A stretch of 64,000 nucleotides of DNA from the NCBI RefSeq assembly GCF_031769215.1, contig NW_026781956.1:1984001-2048000 (forward strand), in the 5' to 3' direction. Source of the stretch: Ylistrum balloti (Eukaryota). A program made the translations under genes and the position numbers. Below, piece after piece: positions 14,793-28,130 of this stretch (positions within the stretch are counted from its first letter, which is position 1; every line of letters starts with the position of its first letter). The notes under the pieces were generated by a model, which worked only from the letters and a program-made list of their open reading frames with translations, was not told where the DNA came from and did not search any database.

Positions 14793-16105
14793 TTATCATT
14801 CCGCACTTCACTATCAATCATTATCATTCCGCACTTCACAAACAATCATTATCATTCCGCACTTCACTAACAATTATAATAATTCCGTATTTCACTATCT
14901 ATCATGATAGTTCACTACATTATCAATCATGATTTTTCTGCACTTCTCTATCATCCATGATCATTCCACACTTCATTATCAATCAGGATCATTCCACACT
15001 ACACTATCAATCAGGATCATTCCACACTACATTATCAATCAGGATCATTCCACACTTCACTATCAATCAGGATCATTCCACACTTCATTATCAATCAGGA
15101 TCATTCCACACTACATTATCAATCAGGATCATTCCACACTACATTATCAATCAGGATCATTCCACACTACACTATCAATCAGGATCATTCCACACTTCAT
15201 TATCAATCAGGATCATTCCACATTACATTATCAATCAGGATCATTCCACACTTCATTATCAATCAGGATCATTCCGCACTTCACTATCAATTATAATAAT
15301 TCCGTATTTCACTAACAATCATGAAAGTTCACTACATTATCAATCATGATTTTTCTGCACTTCTCTATCATCCATGATCATTCCACACTTCATTATCAAT
15401 CAGGATCATTCCGCACTTCACTATCAACCAGGATCATTCCACACTTCATTATCAATCATGATCATTCCACACTTCATTATCAATCATGATCATTCCACAC
15501 TTCATTATCAATCAGGATCATTCCACACTTCACTATCAATCATGATCATTCCACACTTCATTATCAATCATGATCATTCCACACTTCATTATCAATCAGG
15601 ATCATTCCACACTTCATTATCAATCATGATCATTCCACACTTCATTATCAATCATGATCATTCCACACTTCATTATCAATCAGGATCATTCCACACTTCA
15701 TTATCAATCAGGATCATTCCACACTTCATTATCAATCAAGATCATTCCACACTTCATTATCAATCAGGATCATTCCACACTTCATTATCAATCAGGATCA
15801 TTCCACACTTCATTATCAATCAGGATCATTCCACACTTCATTATCAATCAGGATCATTCCACACTACATTATCAATCAGGATCATTCCACACTTCATTAT
15901 CAATCATGATCATTCCACACTTCATTATCAATCATGATCATTCCACACTTCATTATCAATCATGATCATTCCACACTTCATTATCAATCATGATCGTTCC
16001 ACACTTCATTATCAATCAGGATCATTCCACACTACATTATCAATCAGGATCGTTCCACACTTCATTATCAATCAAGATCATTCCACACTTCGATATCAAT
16101 TATAA
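14793..16105. repeat. 28-bp minisatellite with a degenerate left edge
   Basis: Unit atcattccacacttcattatcaatca(g/t)g (period measured 15661 to 15689). The repetitive ORFs at 14929-15965 are translations of this array. Confidence 0.98.
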
Positions 16106-16379
16106 TCACTAACGACATCCGCCATGTAAATCATGGTCTATCCTAGTAAATAACGCCACGTTATGAAATAAGAACAAAGAGAATAACAGCAGAACCTACA
16201 GACATATCAAAGCGCATTAAACACACCCACCTCATATCGTACATGGAAATAGGATATTTTCCAATAAGAAAGGTATGATGAACTCAAAAACTGGCAATAA
16301 ACCTTCATCGACCAACAGCTGATTTTAGGATTTATTTGTACAAGAACCAACGGTATGACGCTAAAAGTATGAAGTAATG

Positions 16380-16570
16380 ATATACATGAAGTCTTTTTTC
16401 GCTCAGCAGCACAACTGAATTATACGCTGATGATTCGACCACATAAATATAAAATGGAAAGGAAAAGAATCTTGATAAACAGAACTACATACTAATTGAA
16501 TAACGTTTCCAGGTCAAGTGGCTATTACTGGGACAAATTATGTGCTATTTACCAAACAAATCATACGATG
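16380..16570 (+). mobile_element. Decayed LINE (L2/CR1-like) RT fragment around the YADD motif
   Basis: tta tac gct gat gat tcg acc at 16420-16440 reads STTELYADDSTT; downstream TGTNYVLFTKQ resembles the KTKxMxIxxxQ motif. Stops and frameshifts present. Confidence 0.4.
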
Positions 16571-16652
16571 AACGTGAGTTGAGTTAAAACACTGACAGGA
16601 CCACTGTTGTACAATGGCATGCAATACATGGAAACCCTACCATTATTCCCAC

Positions 16653-16669
16653 CACACACACACACACAC

Positions 16670-16744
<75 letters not shown>
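16653..16744. repeat. Compound (CA)n(CT)n microsatellite
   Basis: Directly visible dinucleotide runs. Confidence 0.99.
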
Positions 16745-16748
<4 letters not shown>

Positions 16749-19700
16749 TTTATAGTGTCTTCTAAAGTCATGTTATAAAGAAACAAGGGACCTAGTGATT
16801 ACTTTCAATGTTACATGAAGAGAGCACATCGTGCATTTTTTCTATATAATTTTGTTATGTCAAAGACTTAAAAGTCCAAATGTGGGTTGGTATCAAGAAA
16901 GACAAATTAAATCCATGCCTAGAAATGAGAAAATTGATAAAGAACCAAAGTCAAGTTGGTTCACATGATCAGGTAGTGGGGTCAGTAGGTACAGTTCGTA
17001 AGTTAAGGACGCAAATGAATAATTACAAAAATTACAGTATTAGACAAAAGACGTTTACGTCTTATTGGTTTGCTTCGTCATAACAATTATCCGTATACAA
17101 TCTTCACACGAACAGCTCTGTTTGACAAAATTACTTTTAATCATTTCAAAACTGTCAGATGGTCTAAAGATTTATTTTTTAATACAAATATCAAACATTT
17201 TTAACAGTTAGCATCCAATCCACTTTTTAAATATTCTATCTCACATATTCAGTAGAAGATTTAAATAAAGGATTCATTCTTTAACAATATATATGAGAAT
17301 CAGTATAAATTATATTGCCTACAAATCATATGCAAGCTTTACTATATCATCAATATTTTGGTAACACAATATGTTATCTTAAAATGTAAGGTAGACTTAA
17401 ATCATTTAGATATCTATGTGTCATATAGACTTTCATCACAGCCATATCACAAAATCCGACGCTAACCCGTGTGGTGTGTTTATGTTGCTCTTTTCTGGAG
17501 TGGTACGATCCAAGTTACCTCCTTTACCTAACCATTTTCACCTATTCTATGGGGTTTTTAGTGTAATGAAATACTTCTATAATGCGTAATCATGTTTTGG
17601 TATTGAAGATGAAATAGGATTAATACATTAGATTGTCAGTAAAAGGATATTTCACCTATGGAAGAGAACGCCTTTACTGCTTGAAGGCAATGTGTTTGCG
17701 GTACATTTTTGAATTGAAGACTACTATTTACGGCAGATCAAGCTGATGTGTACTGTCCCTACAGCTGACCAAATTAAACAATATAATTGTTGCCTACAAC
17801 TGAAGGATATACTGCCTTTATTGAAGATTGGTACATGATTACATTTCACTTTTAAGATTGTCTTCTCCTTTGAAGTGACTATGTCGTAAAGAAAAGGTCA
17901 TCGACCATTTTGTGTTTCGTCAGTGTGCTGTCTCTTAAACACAAATACTGTGATTCTGTTTGATAAGAAATGCCATAAAATTTAAATGGCTGAAATGGCC
18001 TTGAGTTCAGTTGGTGATTAGCCAGTTAAATATTTGTATCGATGATTTCCTATATCTAGAAATATGATCCAGCGGAAGCATTTACGATATGACACGGAAA
18101 TAGACATCTTGTACAAATTATCTTATGTGTATTGATGCAATATGAATGACTTACGATCCGTTATCTGCTGAAAATGTGCGTCAGTACTGTATGAATAAGA
18201 ACAATGAACAAACGCATCCTGTGTATATCAGATTCCATATAATGGACGACATATCCGTAAATGACCAGCTGTAAAACGATCTGTGCCCAGATTGCCACGA
18301 GGCATAAATATCACTAATTACATTTAGGAGATAAATGAAACCAATTGACGCAAGATATCAGCCTCTTTTAAAATTAAATTATTAACTACAAAGATTTGTA
18401 AAGTGACAAGGTTAATAGATGGGAACGTTTAATCTTCAGCAACACAAGTGTGAATGAACATAAAAATAAAAATTTGAAATATCGCTTCCCACACCTCCCA
18501 GCTAACAACACATTACACACCTTATCAAAAGAGTCTGGTTTCCGTAGTCTTTGTAACAAGCAGCAGAACTTTTCACAGGCTTCAATGGTTTCTTGGATTT
18601 AACGTTTAAAATATCATACAAACTTTGATTAAGTTTGTTACTGCTTTTCTATTTTGTCTTCCAAGTAGTTCATTTTCCCTTTGTCAGGTGTATGTCAATA
18701 CAAATCTGTTGTTTTTAGTCTCGAAAATGTCTACCCGGTTACTCATTGTTATTCTTATCATTTCATGAGAAGTAACATGTCAGGGTGGCAGTGACACTTT
18801 AGATTTTTTTTCTGTCAAACCAAGATTCTATCTCTTAGTAAAACTATCCCATGTAGGTGTAAAATTGATTCTATTAACCAGGATGTGTCTCTCTTGTTCA
18901 ACCAATTAGCTAGTTTCAATCTGTAGCTGTCCGCAACACACACAGGATTTTCAGTGTTGAAAGATTTTGCTTTTATATACATCTGTAGATGTAAGTGTTA
19001 CAATATAGACAAATGAAAGTCGCTACACACACATGTATATATATGCAAACGCAATGCTCCTGTTCGTTTAGAAGTGTCAGCATAGGTGAATACAGGTGTT
19101 CCGTGAAATAAGTGGAAAATAATACTCTTGTTCCTTTTTTCGGATAATTGTTATTATTAACTGGAAATATGTTTATGTAATTGTATGTTATTGGAGTCCT
19201 GTGACACATCGTATCGTTTATAAGAAATAAACATAAGCCACCATCTTGTCATCGCCAGTCAGGAAGCAGATAATGTATTGACGTGATTTCGGAACTAAAA
19301 TTTTATTCCCAAAACATTTTGTTTGTAAAATGTATTTGACGATTAAAAACTCAATTTCTTTTTATGAATGTTGCAATGAGATAGAGCACACAAAACCTAT
19401 TAGATGCTTTATCAGTTTAGCATGATCGTTCAGAAGCTTTACAATGCTGACTCGCTGAGTTAGCGTGTATAGGGGTGAATGTTTTAGAAACTCTTGGCGT
19501 TTTCTTCCATATAATCACCGTATTTCCTACTGCTATGAAGGATATATATCGTAATGGTCCTATGGCCTGGTTGCTGCTCTGTTGTAATCGATACAGACCA
19601 CTGTCCGAGGAGTAAATCTACACGGTCATCCCGAGCTGGCATATCTGGGTTAACCTTCCTAAATAGGATTACGCATTGATAGGAAAAGAATTTAAAAGGT

Positions 19701-20544
19701 TATTTCTATTTCGAACGTGTATGCTATTGAACAGGTGTTACATCTTGTGTGACTACCCTACATAAGGTATCGTGCTATTTTATATAACACAAGCAGGATG
19801 TTTTTCCAACATCGGGATATTATGTTCTGAACACAATTATTTTGTGATGTGGTTTATAACCTGACCTCTGAATGATTGGCCATGAAAACAGAGAAAGAAG
19901 ATAAAAAATCTCAGATAACGACGTTATTGTAAACAACTATCTGTAAGTATTGAAGAGTTTGTTTACTATGTAGACAAAAATAATCAAATATGCAATCAAT
20001 ATGATAGTGGCATTTGTCTTTTTTGCAAATATATCACTAGTGAGAGTGGATTATACAGTATTGACATATTTATAAATACCTTTGTACTAATACAATGACA
20101 TTGACTATTGAATCAGTATGCTGCATATAAGATAAAAATATGATAACATATTAGACATACAAACGTACGTATGATTGGTACATATGAAAAATGATGTTAC
20201 GTTAGTATGTCAAAGTATGTCCAGACAATAATTCTTAACTGAAAATATCTGTTATCATGATACTATAGATTAAAACCGCAAAAACAAGCGTGGCTTACAG
20301 CTTGTTATAATGTTCCGAAACACAATCAAAATCAAATATATACACCAACTCCTTACTATTGTAATTTTTATGTATCATGATATATGAATACCAATTGCCT
20401 TTGAAATATATTCAGAAGTGTTGCTTACTCCAATGTAGGTGATGTGGCTATTAATACTGTACATTTCCTTTATTTCTGTTATCAATTGCAATTATTTGTA
20501 TATGTTTTGTCACCGAAATAACAGCTTAATATCAGACAAATGTA

Positions 20545-21010
20545 TCTGAAGCGTTAATGATCAAGTCAAATTGCCAGGAGTGTTCATAATAAGACAAAAA
20601 TATCCAGAGCGCTATAACAAGATCAATTCGTTCGAACGTTCATGACAAGGTCTAGGTGCCCGAGTGTTAATTTTTAGACCCATGTGTCCAGGCAGTAGTG
20701 ACAGGACCCAGACTCCACGAACGCTCATGACGAGGTCCGTGTATCCAGAGCGTTACTTATTAGACTCAGATGTCAAGAACGAAGTGACAGGACCTAGACG
20801 TCACCGGCGTAATGAGACCTTAGATATCTCGACGTTAGTGATTGAGCCATGATCTCCCGAACGTTAGCGACTTTGCTTAGACATTGCGAAAGTTTATAAG
20901 TGGACAATAATGTTACAAGCGTAAATGATTAAATCTGGATGTCACGAACTATAATCATTGGCCCAAAATGGCTTCATTGCAGCTAACTTGGCCTAGAGGT
21001 CTCGACGACA
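20545..21010. repeat. Cryptic, highly diverged ~29-bp tandem array (~15 units)
   Basis: An a(a/g)(c/t)gtt-like anchor recurs at 20550, 20579, 20608, 20635, 20663, 20691, 20720, 20749, 20778, 20806, 20831, 20860, 20889, 20918 and 20947 (modal spacing 29). Rough consensus gaacgttagtgacaggacctagatgtccc. Confidence 0.75.
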
Positions 21011-22164
21011 ATATTTACACTTGGACTCGAATGTTCGAATAATAAACAATAATATCCATATTTTACACAGATTTAGATTCCACATGCCATGTTCCTTGAT
21101 GTAAAGACTGCGATTATTGATTTTATTCGTGTGTTATTTCTTTGACCCAAAGCTACGTTTCAATACAAATTTAGAATTATATAAATATTGCCAAATGTTA
21201 AGATACTAGTATACAGTATCATGCATCTGTTTTGTCCTTCTAAGACTCCATAATGATACTAGGGGCCTAATCGTAGATTCTAGTGGGTAACTGAGGAAAA
21301 CCAAAGCTGAAATAAATGTAAAAAAGAACAAAGAGCTATTTGAATAATATTTTTCGGGCTGGAATGATTTTATACCAATCTTCTGATTATTAAAGCTAAG
21401 TCCTATTGGTCACAAGCTCTCGTGATTAGATTCCAACATATTCAGTGTTATCGACTGGTCTAGAGGTACACTATATTACTCTAGAATAATTAGACATTAC
21501 TACTTGATGATTACGACCCCTTCGTGCCTGAGGAAGGGCAACTGACACTGATCGTACGTACGTTTTGATTGGCTGAATGCCCACACGTTCTCGGCGATAA
21601 CAAAATTAAAACTACGCATTTTGCTGACTTCGGTAATGTTCATAAACCAAAGATACGTATCTCAGGTATCTTATGATGATTGCCTGAACAAATTACATTT
21701 GATGCTAAATTAAGAAATATTCATTTTCTATCAAATAGCAAATATCACGCGTTTCTATAGATGATTTCTATGTTAGCGTTCCACAGACATACCAAGATCA
21801 TATATCAGATATGTTTTGATGTCAATGATAACAAAGAATTCATTCTCTAAAATAGTAAATCTAAAAAAAAACCAAGTTGATCACGTCCGTTCTTGATGAA
21901 GCTAGAAATAACTACTTGATAAATAAAAACCGCCCAACCTAATGTTTAATCTCATTTTGCATTTAAGAAATTTGTTTTGTTGTAATTTTATAACTTAAGA
22001 TTTTATCAAAAATCCATATATTTGATCCACACACCATCATACATTGCCTTTAATTTATAAAGCATACTTTATTTCACAATGATAGAATCATCATTATAAT
22101 CAAGATAGCATGGCTAAAATTTAGATTTTAAGGTGGTCACTGCTCAATTGTCCTTTGAAATAAT

Positions 22165-22465
22165 CTAAGACAATCGGATCCAAAAGGGTAAGCGTCCTAT
22201 GTTTCATTAATGACGGCTTGGGTCAAAGTCGTATGCTAAATATGAAAGACTGTTTGGTAAAAACGAACGAATTCGGCACATTCATGATTATCGGACATCA
22301 ATTTTTATCCCAATAAAACATTTCTATTGATATCATGGTACTAACCAAAAACCTCTTCATTGGTTTCATCAATATGTATCTCCTCAAGGTTTGATAATGT
22401 AACTTTGATCGTCAGCAGTTGATGTTTATCATAGAAATCGTTGTTTTTAAAATTAATTATTGGCG
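22165..22465 (-). mobile_element. Penelope-like (Naiad-type) element, decayed 3' end
   Basis: Minus strand reads NDFYDKHQLLTIK ... LMKPMKRF(F)G*YHD, resembling DFLxRxxLLTxKL..QG...KFxGRYxDL. It is followed by the downstream motif ggacgcttacccttttgga, shared with the other copies. Confidence 0.55.
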
Positions 22466-22530
22466 ATCGAATTATAGAATGAGGATGTTTCCTAAAATGG
22501 GAAATGTAAGGTGATTATATTACATTAATT

Positions 22531-22720
22531 ACTTGGATTGACCACGATTTGCATAGCGGGTGTCGTCTATGAAGCAGTAAACGCTTACTCATTTAGAACA
22601 CCTGGTCTTATACTAGTACTTTTTTCATGTGACGCGTATATCTCTTCGTTTTTAATGTAGTTTTTATGGCACTTGAGATTATGATTGCGTTGATAATTTC
22701 TTTGTTGTTTTGTAGGCTTA
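22531..22720 (+). mobile_element. Penelope-like (Naiad-type) 3' non-coding / pLTR-like segment
   Basis: 22531-22609 aligns without gaps to 51841-51919 (58/79 identical by manual count; starts acttggattgacca, ends acacctggtctt). Confidence 0.7.
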
Positions 22721-25700
22721 GATAATGTATTTAAGTGATGGGACACTAAGCGTGGTATCTAACGACCCTGGTCATTTGTAAAGCATAAGATTAAAACAAC
22801 AACAAAAAACTGATCTAGAAGCTTGTATGTAATTCTAATTATCTGGAATAATAAATATACATCCGATGAATTATTTTTTTTATATTCTGAATAATGATTG
22901 AGTCCTATGCTTATTGTCCAAAGACATCAAGAGGAGTACAACCGATTCCATTACAGCCTGCAGTTATCAGAACTATTAAAGACAGTTTAAATGTCCAGAG
23001 ACAGTGTGTGACCAGATTGCTGTCGGTGCCTTAAGGATGAGAGGGAAACGGTTTCGCTTTGATAAATTTCTGTAAAATCTATACAGTCCGACTTTTTTCT
23101 GATGAATATAGTAAACCGCTTGATAAGATCCCATTAAAAATAGTTAGTGCCGCATTTCGCAACAAATTGATAAATCACCTTTCCCGATTAACCTACATAT
23201 GATGTGGAATGTAGTGCAGATACCAGTCTACTGTACACAGATAAGAAATCGAACGCATAAATTCCATGTAATGCTATTATGAGAAGGGTAGGAATGTGGC
23301 AATGTAGATAGATCAGAAACTAATCCATTAATGTCATATAATGTTGATACATTATTATCAGAATGTTGATCCTATACCATAATTTTGTGGTTATAGGTAA
23401 GTTAGTTTTCAAAAACAAACCTTGCAATTTTTCATGAGGTACCGATTGTACTAAGCACCTTTTACAATGAACTTTTGCTTTACTCGCTATTTTGAGTCCC
23501 TATATTCGTAAGGTATTTCAGTTAAGGTCATAAATCGAGTTCTTTATCAAACAACTGTAATAATTTTGTAAGCTCAACTATGACAAGAATGTGAGAATAT
23601 CATGTAAAAGTGGTGTGCAGAATGTTCAAAATCGGAGATATAACTAAATCAACAAGTAGAGATTATCAGCTAAATATTTCTAACAATTTTGTAAAAGAAA
23701 CATACATGTGAATAGCTAAATTATGTATATTCATTAAGTAATAACAGAGTGTAATTAATGAATCAGCATCATGTATTTGTTATTAGAAAGAAAGAAAAAA
23801 CAGCTTTTTTAACAAATTATAGCTGAAAGACTGTTCACTATTCCATATTTTCTACTTTGTTATAAACTGTAGCTATGACATCATTAGAATAAGTACTCGT
23901 TGACAGTATTCTGTCACCAGTAAAGGGACAATAGCATTCACATATGGCAAGTTACTACAGATCAGACTGTGTAATTACACTAGGTTACCGATACAGGACA
24001 CGCTTACCATTAACATTTCGTAAGGATTTCTATTTTTAAAAAATCAAACGAAGGCAATCTTTTCTGAATGCAACAAGAGTAGGTGCGTCATTATTGCCAG
24101 ATACCTGGATTAGAAATACGCAGTGGAATAGCAAAGATAAAACAATTGTATGTATTTGTTTTATTTAACGATACCTGTCTCCAACTGTATGTACTGCTGA
24201 GATTTGTTTTATTTAAAACGTATTGAGATAGAGGTCTGTATTAGCTCCTTTCCATATAATAATACAAATCATCATAAATGGGTTATTTGGCAATCGGAAT
24301 ACAAACATAATACTTTATAACAACTTTCATGCAGGGCGAAGTTTAAGTGTTTTAACATTTACTTCAATTTAACAATTATTAAAATTCATTGAGGTTGATA
24401 CTATTATTTATGAATCCAAAACAGATAATCTGTTCGACACGTCGCCAGTTTGTTTCTTTGTGCAAACATTCCACTGTAATTTTCTGTTGCTGTAATCAAG
24501 TAGTTGAATCAATTATCGTGAAAGTATTTTTCTTTTCAGAATGGCAGGGACATACTCGTTCTTTCATCAATGTTTTATCAGTCTTTTTTTCTGTTGTATA
24601 CCTTTATCATAGCTGTTATGTGTTAACGCATTTAGATTCAGTATATTCCTCCAGGAAAATTTCTTTTGGTCGCATGATTGGTAACAAAACTACACTAGTC
24701 TTCTAAATTACGTACCATTGTTCTTTAAAACACACCTCATCTTAACAAGTTTTTCTTTCAAATTAACATTTTTATTTAATTTCAACAGATTGCCTATTAG
24801 TATGTATCACGTCGCTATCCCCTTTCCATCTGGAATCTTCCCAATAAGTCGCCGTGATGCAATCAGATGTGTTATGTCGCCCGAGTTGAGTTTAACAATT
24901 ACCTGTTGCTACGATTCCAGCTATCAGTACTGCACGCCTCTCAGATGAATGAACGACCCACGTTTTCATCAACAATTTAAAGGCGTAATACCAACACCGT
25001 TATAAAGCACATTTAACACTGCCAGACAGGATTACCACTCACTAAGGATCCTATTTTTTATTTTCGTTAGCTTCGTCCATAAACAACATTCGGTGAGGTT
25101 TTATTGGTGTTTTGTATTATGTGTTTGGCGTTTATACTGCAACTTGTAACTACATTTTAAAGCACATTTGTCGCCAAGTCTTAAAATGTTCATTTACGTC
25201 AACATTCTATAATTGTTTTCATGATTCGTCTTTGATCGGTACTAAAGATGTAGTATAACGCTATGCTAATGCCCTGTCGATGAAGGTTGCTCATTAGTAT
25301 CAAATCCTTTCAAAAACAAAAAAAAATGTTTTTTAACTCTACTACCCAATAGGAATTGGGGAAAATATTATTAGCCAATAAATCCTTAACACTCACGGAC
25401 ATCCACTGCGTCAGCTTTTGCTATTAAACCTGTCAACACCTCAATCATATACACGCATTCTGAGAATATAAATGAGTTATTTATGTTTACAAAATCATCA
25501 TTTCGTTGAATAAACACAACCCAATGTGTTAACATATACCTGGGGCCAACGTCAACTGCAGTGCTGTCGTTAGCCCGTGGATGATGAGACCTCTCAGTGG
25601 TCATTATACTGTAGATCATCATAACCTGAATATTCCAAACACATAATCCCAACATTGGTCGAACAATTACTCACAGTTCACAGTAAGCAGTTAGTTCCAA

Positions 25701-26182
25701 TTCAACAGATTTTCGACTGTTTGTTCTGTGGAATCCAAAGTCTTTCTCACTTTGCAGAACTGTTTAGGTCTCGCCAAGCAGAAATAAGCTGACCAAATGC
25801 CTGGAAATCTCGCAGGCTTTTCGGTAATCAATATTGCTCTTTTCTCCTTCTGCAGTTTTTAAACAATGTCTTTGAAATTGGTTGACAATAAAACCACAAC
25901 ATGAGATTATGCTCTAATGAACAGCATTTCAATTCAACTATATTTTAAATAGTGACAACCCTTAGTTCTTTACTATTGCCCCGAGATTTCTTTCTACTAA
26001 TCTTTCAAAACCTTATGCTTTAATACATGATTTTAACACGAAGCGCTGTTTCCCTCTTGACATTTTTTGAACTATCTTCTTTAAAATATGTGCATTTTTC
26101 TGTGGTCTCATCGTTTCTTTTGGGAAAACATGACATAACATGGATTTCATCAAGATTTAAACTAAATCATGGCTCAGAGATA

Positions 26183-26206
26183 TTTTTTTTTTTTTTTTTT
26201 TTTTTT
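26183..26206 (-). repeat. Poly(T)24 tract (poly-A on minus, directly preceded by AATAAA)
   Basis: Minus strand reads gatgaataaac followed by A24. Confidence 0.8.
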
Positions 26207-27565
26207 GTTTATTCATCCTTTGCCATATTTTAACGATTTTAATTTTTATTTCATTTAAATCCCTTTTTACTAATTTGCCGTTCTTTTGTATTTATGCTTT
26301 CCGAAAAAAGGTAACAGTTATTTTCGCCACGTTGCGATCTGACCCGTATTATCATTTTCGTGTTGCACGTGCTAATTCAACGAAATATGATTATCAACTT
26401 GACGATCTGCCAGTCTAATTGGATAAGGATATTGAAATCTAACGACAAAAATAGCTTTCCTGCAGATCCTTTTTAGAATTCTCCATTTCCACATTCTTTT
26501 ATAACTTCATTGTAACAAAAAAAACCACTAAGAATAACAATAACAGGAATCCAAATGTCAAAAGTGATCGGTCGACATTATTATATGATATATCATCTGT
26601 GATATCAGAGCGTCGAATTACTGCTGGCCGAGCAAATGTAATAACAGGTACAGATCTTCTTCTCATGGAACAGTTTTTAATATTATTATAATATTGTACA
26701 ATAAAAACTGTTAACGAACCTACCAACCGAGCCACGTGACCGTCGTTGTTGGTAACGATAAAGAAGAACATACTTATATGGTCAATGATGATACATGTGG
26801 TCTCCAACCAAATACATTGCTTGTATCTACTATGTAATCTGTATATGCCGAGTCCAAGGTCGAGATTAATGTGTACACATCAGTTGTCTATTGAATATAT
26901 GTTTGGTTTTATTAGCGTATAAAGATATTGTTTTCAATGATTTTAAAGAAACTCGAATATATTGTGAAAACCATCTATCAATATTAAGATATTTTTAAAT
27001 GATTCATAATATATAGTCTACCACAAAATATCGCAGAATTCTGTGACATTTTGGCAGAGAACGAGTGATGCTTAAGATATAATTCAAGTTAGACATTAAA
27101 ACAAAATTTGTAAATGTAATATCATCCAATGAAATATGATAGCAGAATAAAGGAATATATCATAAAGTAGACATAACAACTGAAATACCATCAATCATTA
27201 TAATATTACTGTAAAAGTCGGTATTTCAAATGCTTATTGATAATCTGACATGGACATCGTATTTACATAGGTAAGTGTTTATCGTAACATAATCTTTCTT
27301 AGCAAAAGCCGAAGAAAAAATAAGACATTATAAAAACACCCTAAACACTAATATTGGAGATGCCGAGTGTACTTTAGACATACATATATATATCTTTCCC
27401 ATGAAACACTGTGTCTTATACGCCCTTTCAGTAAAATCCGACACTTTGTTAATTTGTTAACGTAATCAACATATTCCTGTCGTTCAGAATTTCCTCAAAA
27501 TAGCAACATAACCATATTATTTCGTTACATTACATCGAGCATACGTTGTTAGTAAGAATCGCTTC

Positions 27566-27707
27566 ATTTAAACACGTTCACCGCCATCTCGTCTCGTCTG
27601 CTTCTCGGTAACTATATTTAATCCAGTTTATATAATTCATTAAACACGTCCTATGCCTCTGGTCTCGTCTGGTTCTCGGTAACTGACGCAAAGTTTATAT
27701 AATCCAT
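27566..27707. repeat. Diverged two-copy duplication, period 72 bp
   Basis: ttaaacacgt at 27568 and 27640; tctcgtctg(c/g)ttctcggtaact and agtttatataat occur in both copies. Confidence 0.8.
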
Positions 27708-27902
27708 ATGTGGCCATCTAATTATCGTCTCAGGAAGACGCAAACATGTAAGGCAAGATTTGTTTTACGTCTATAGAATTACATTATATCGTTCAGCAGA
27801 ACGAGTGCAGAACAAAATTATTTTCAGAATAGCAAAAAGTGTAAAATAACAGTTCTGACTTCTACTGGATTGGCGTATTTACCTCACAGTTCATCTTGGA
27901 TT

Positions 27903-28130
27903 GTCGGGTGGCGCAGTGGTAACGCATGAGTCTTTTACAAAGGCGTTCGGGGTTCGATTCCGAAAACGGACGTGGAAAAGTATGGCGGTCCCCATCCAGA
28001 CCACGTTAGGTTTCCCCTGGTACTCCGGTTTCCTCCCTCAGTAAGACCTCTCTCGCACTTCCATCAGAGCCAGCAAGAGCGATTAATATAAGCTTAAAAG
28101 TTGTTTCGCAATTGTTATCAATTTTTAAAT
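27903..28130 (+). mobile_element. tRNA-derived SINE with a V/Meta-type conserved central domain
   Basis: A-box tggcgcagtgg (27909), B-box ggttcgattcc (27951), and central motif ggtttcccctggtactccggtttcctccc (28009-28037) matching the GGTTTTCTCCGGGTACTCCGGTTTCCTCCC core of V/Meta SINEs; AT-rich tail. Confidence 0.85.

Noticed and set aside
14929-15965. Repetitive ORFs (IIPHFIINQDHSTLHYQSGSF...) as proteins
   Set aside because: A 28-bp unit cycles through all frames; these are translations of the minisatellite.
24300-26200. Minus-strand protein-like fragments (e.g. LPIMRPKEIFLEEYTESK) suggesting a decayed gene
   Set aside because: Many stops and no recognisable family or splice chain.
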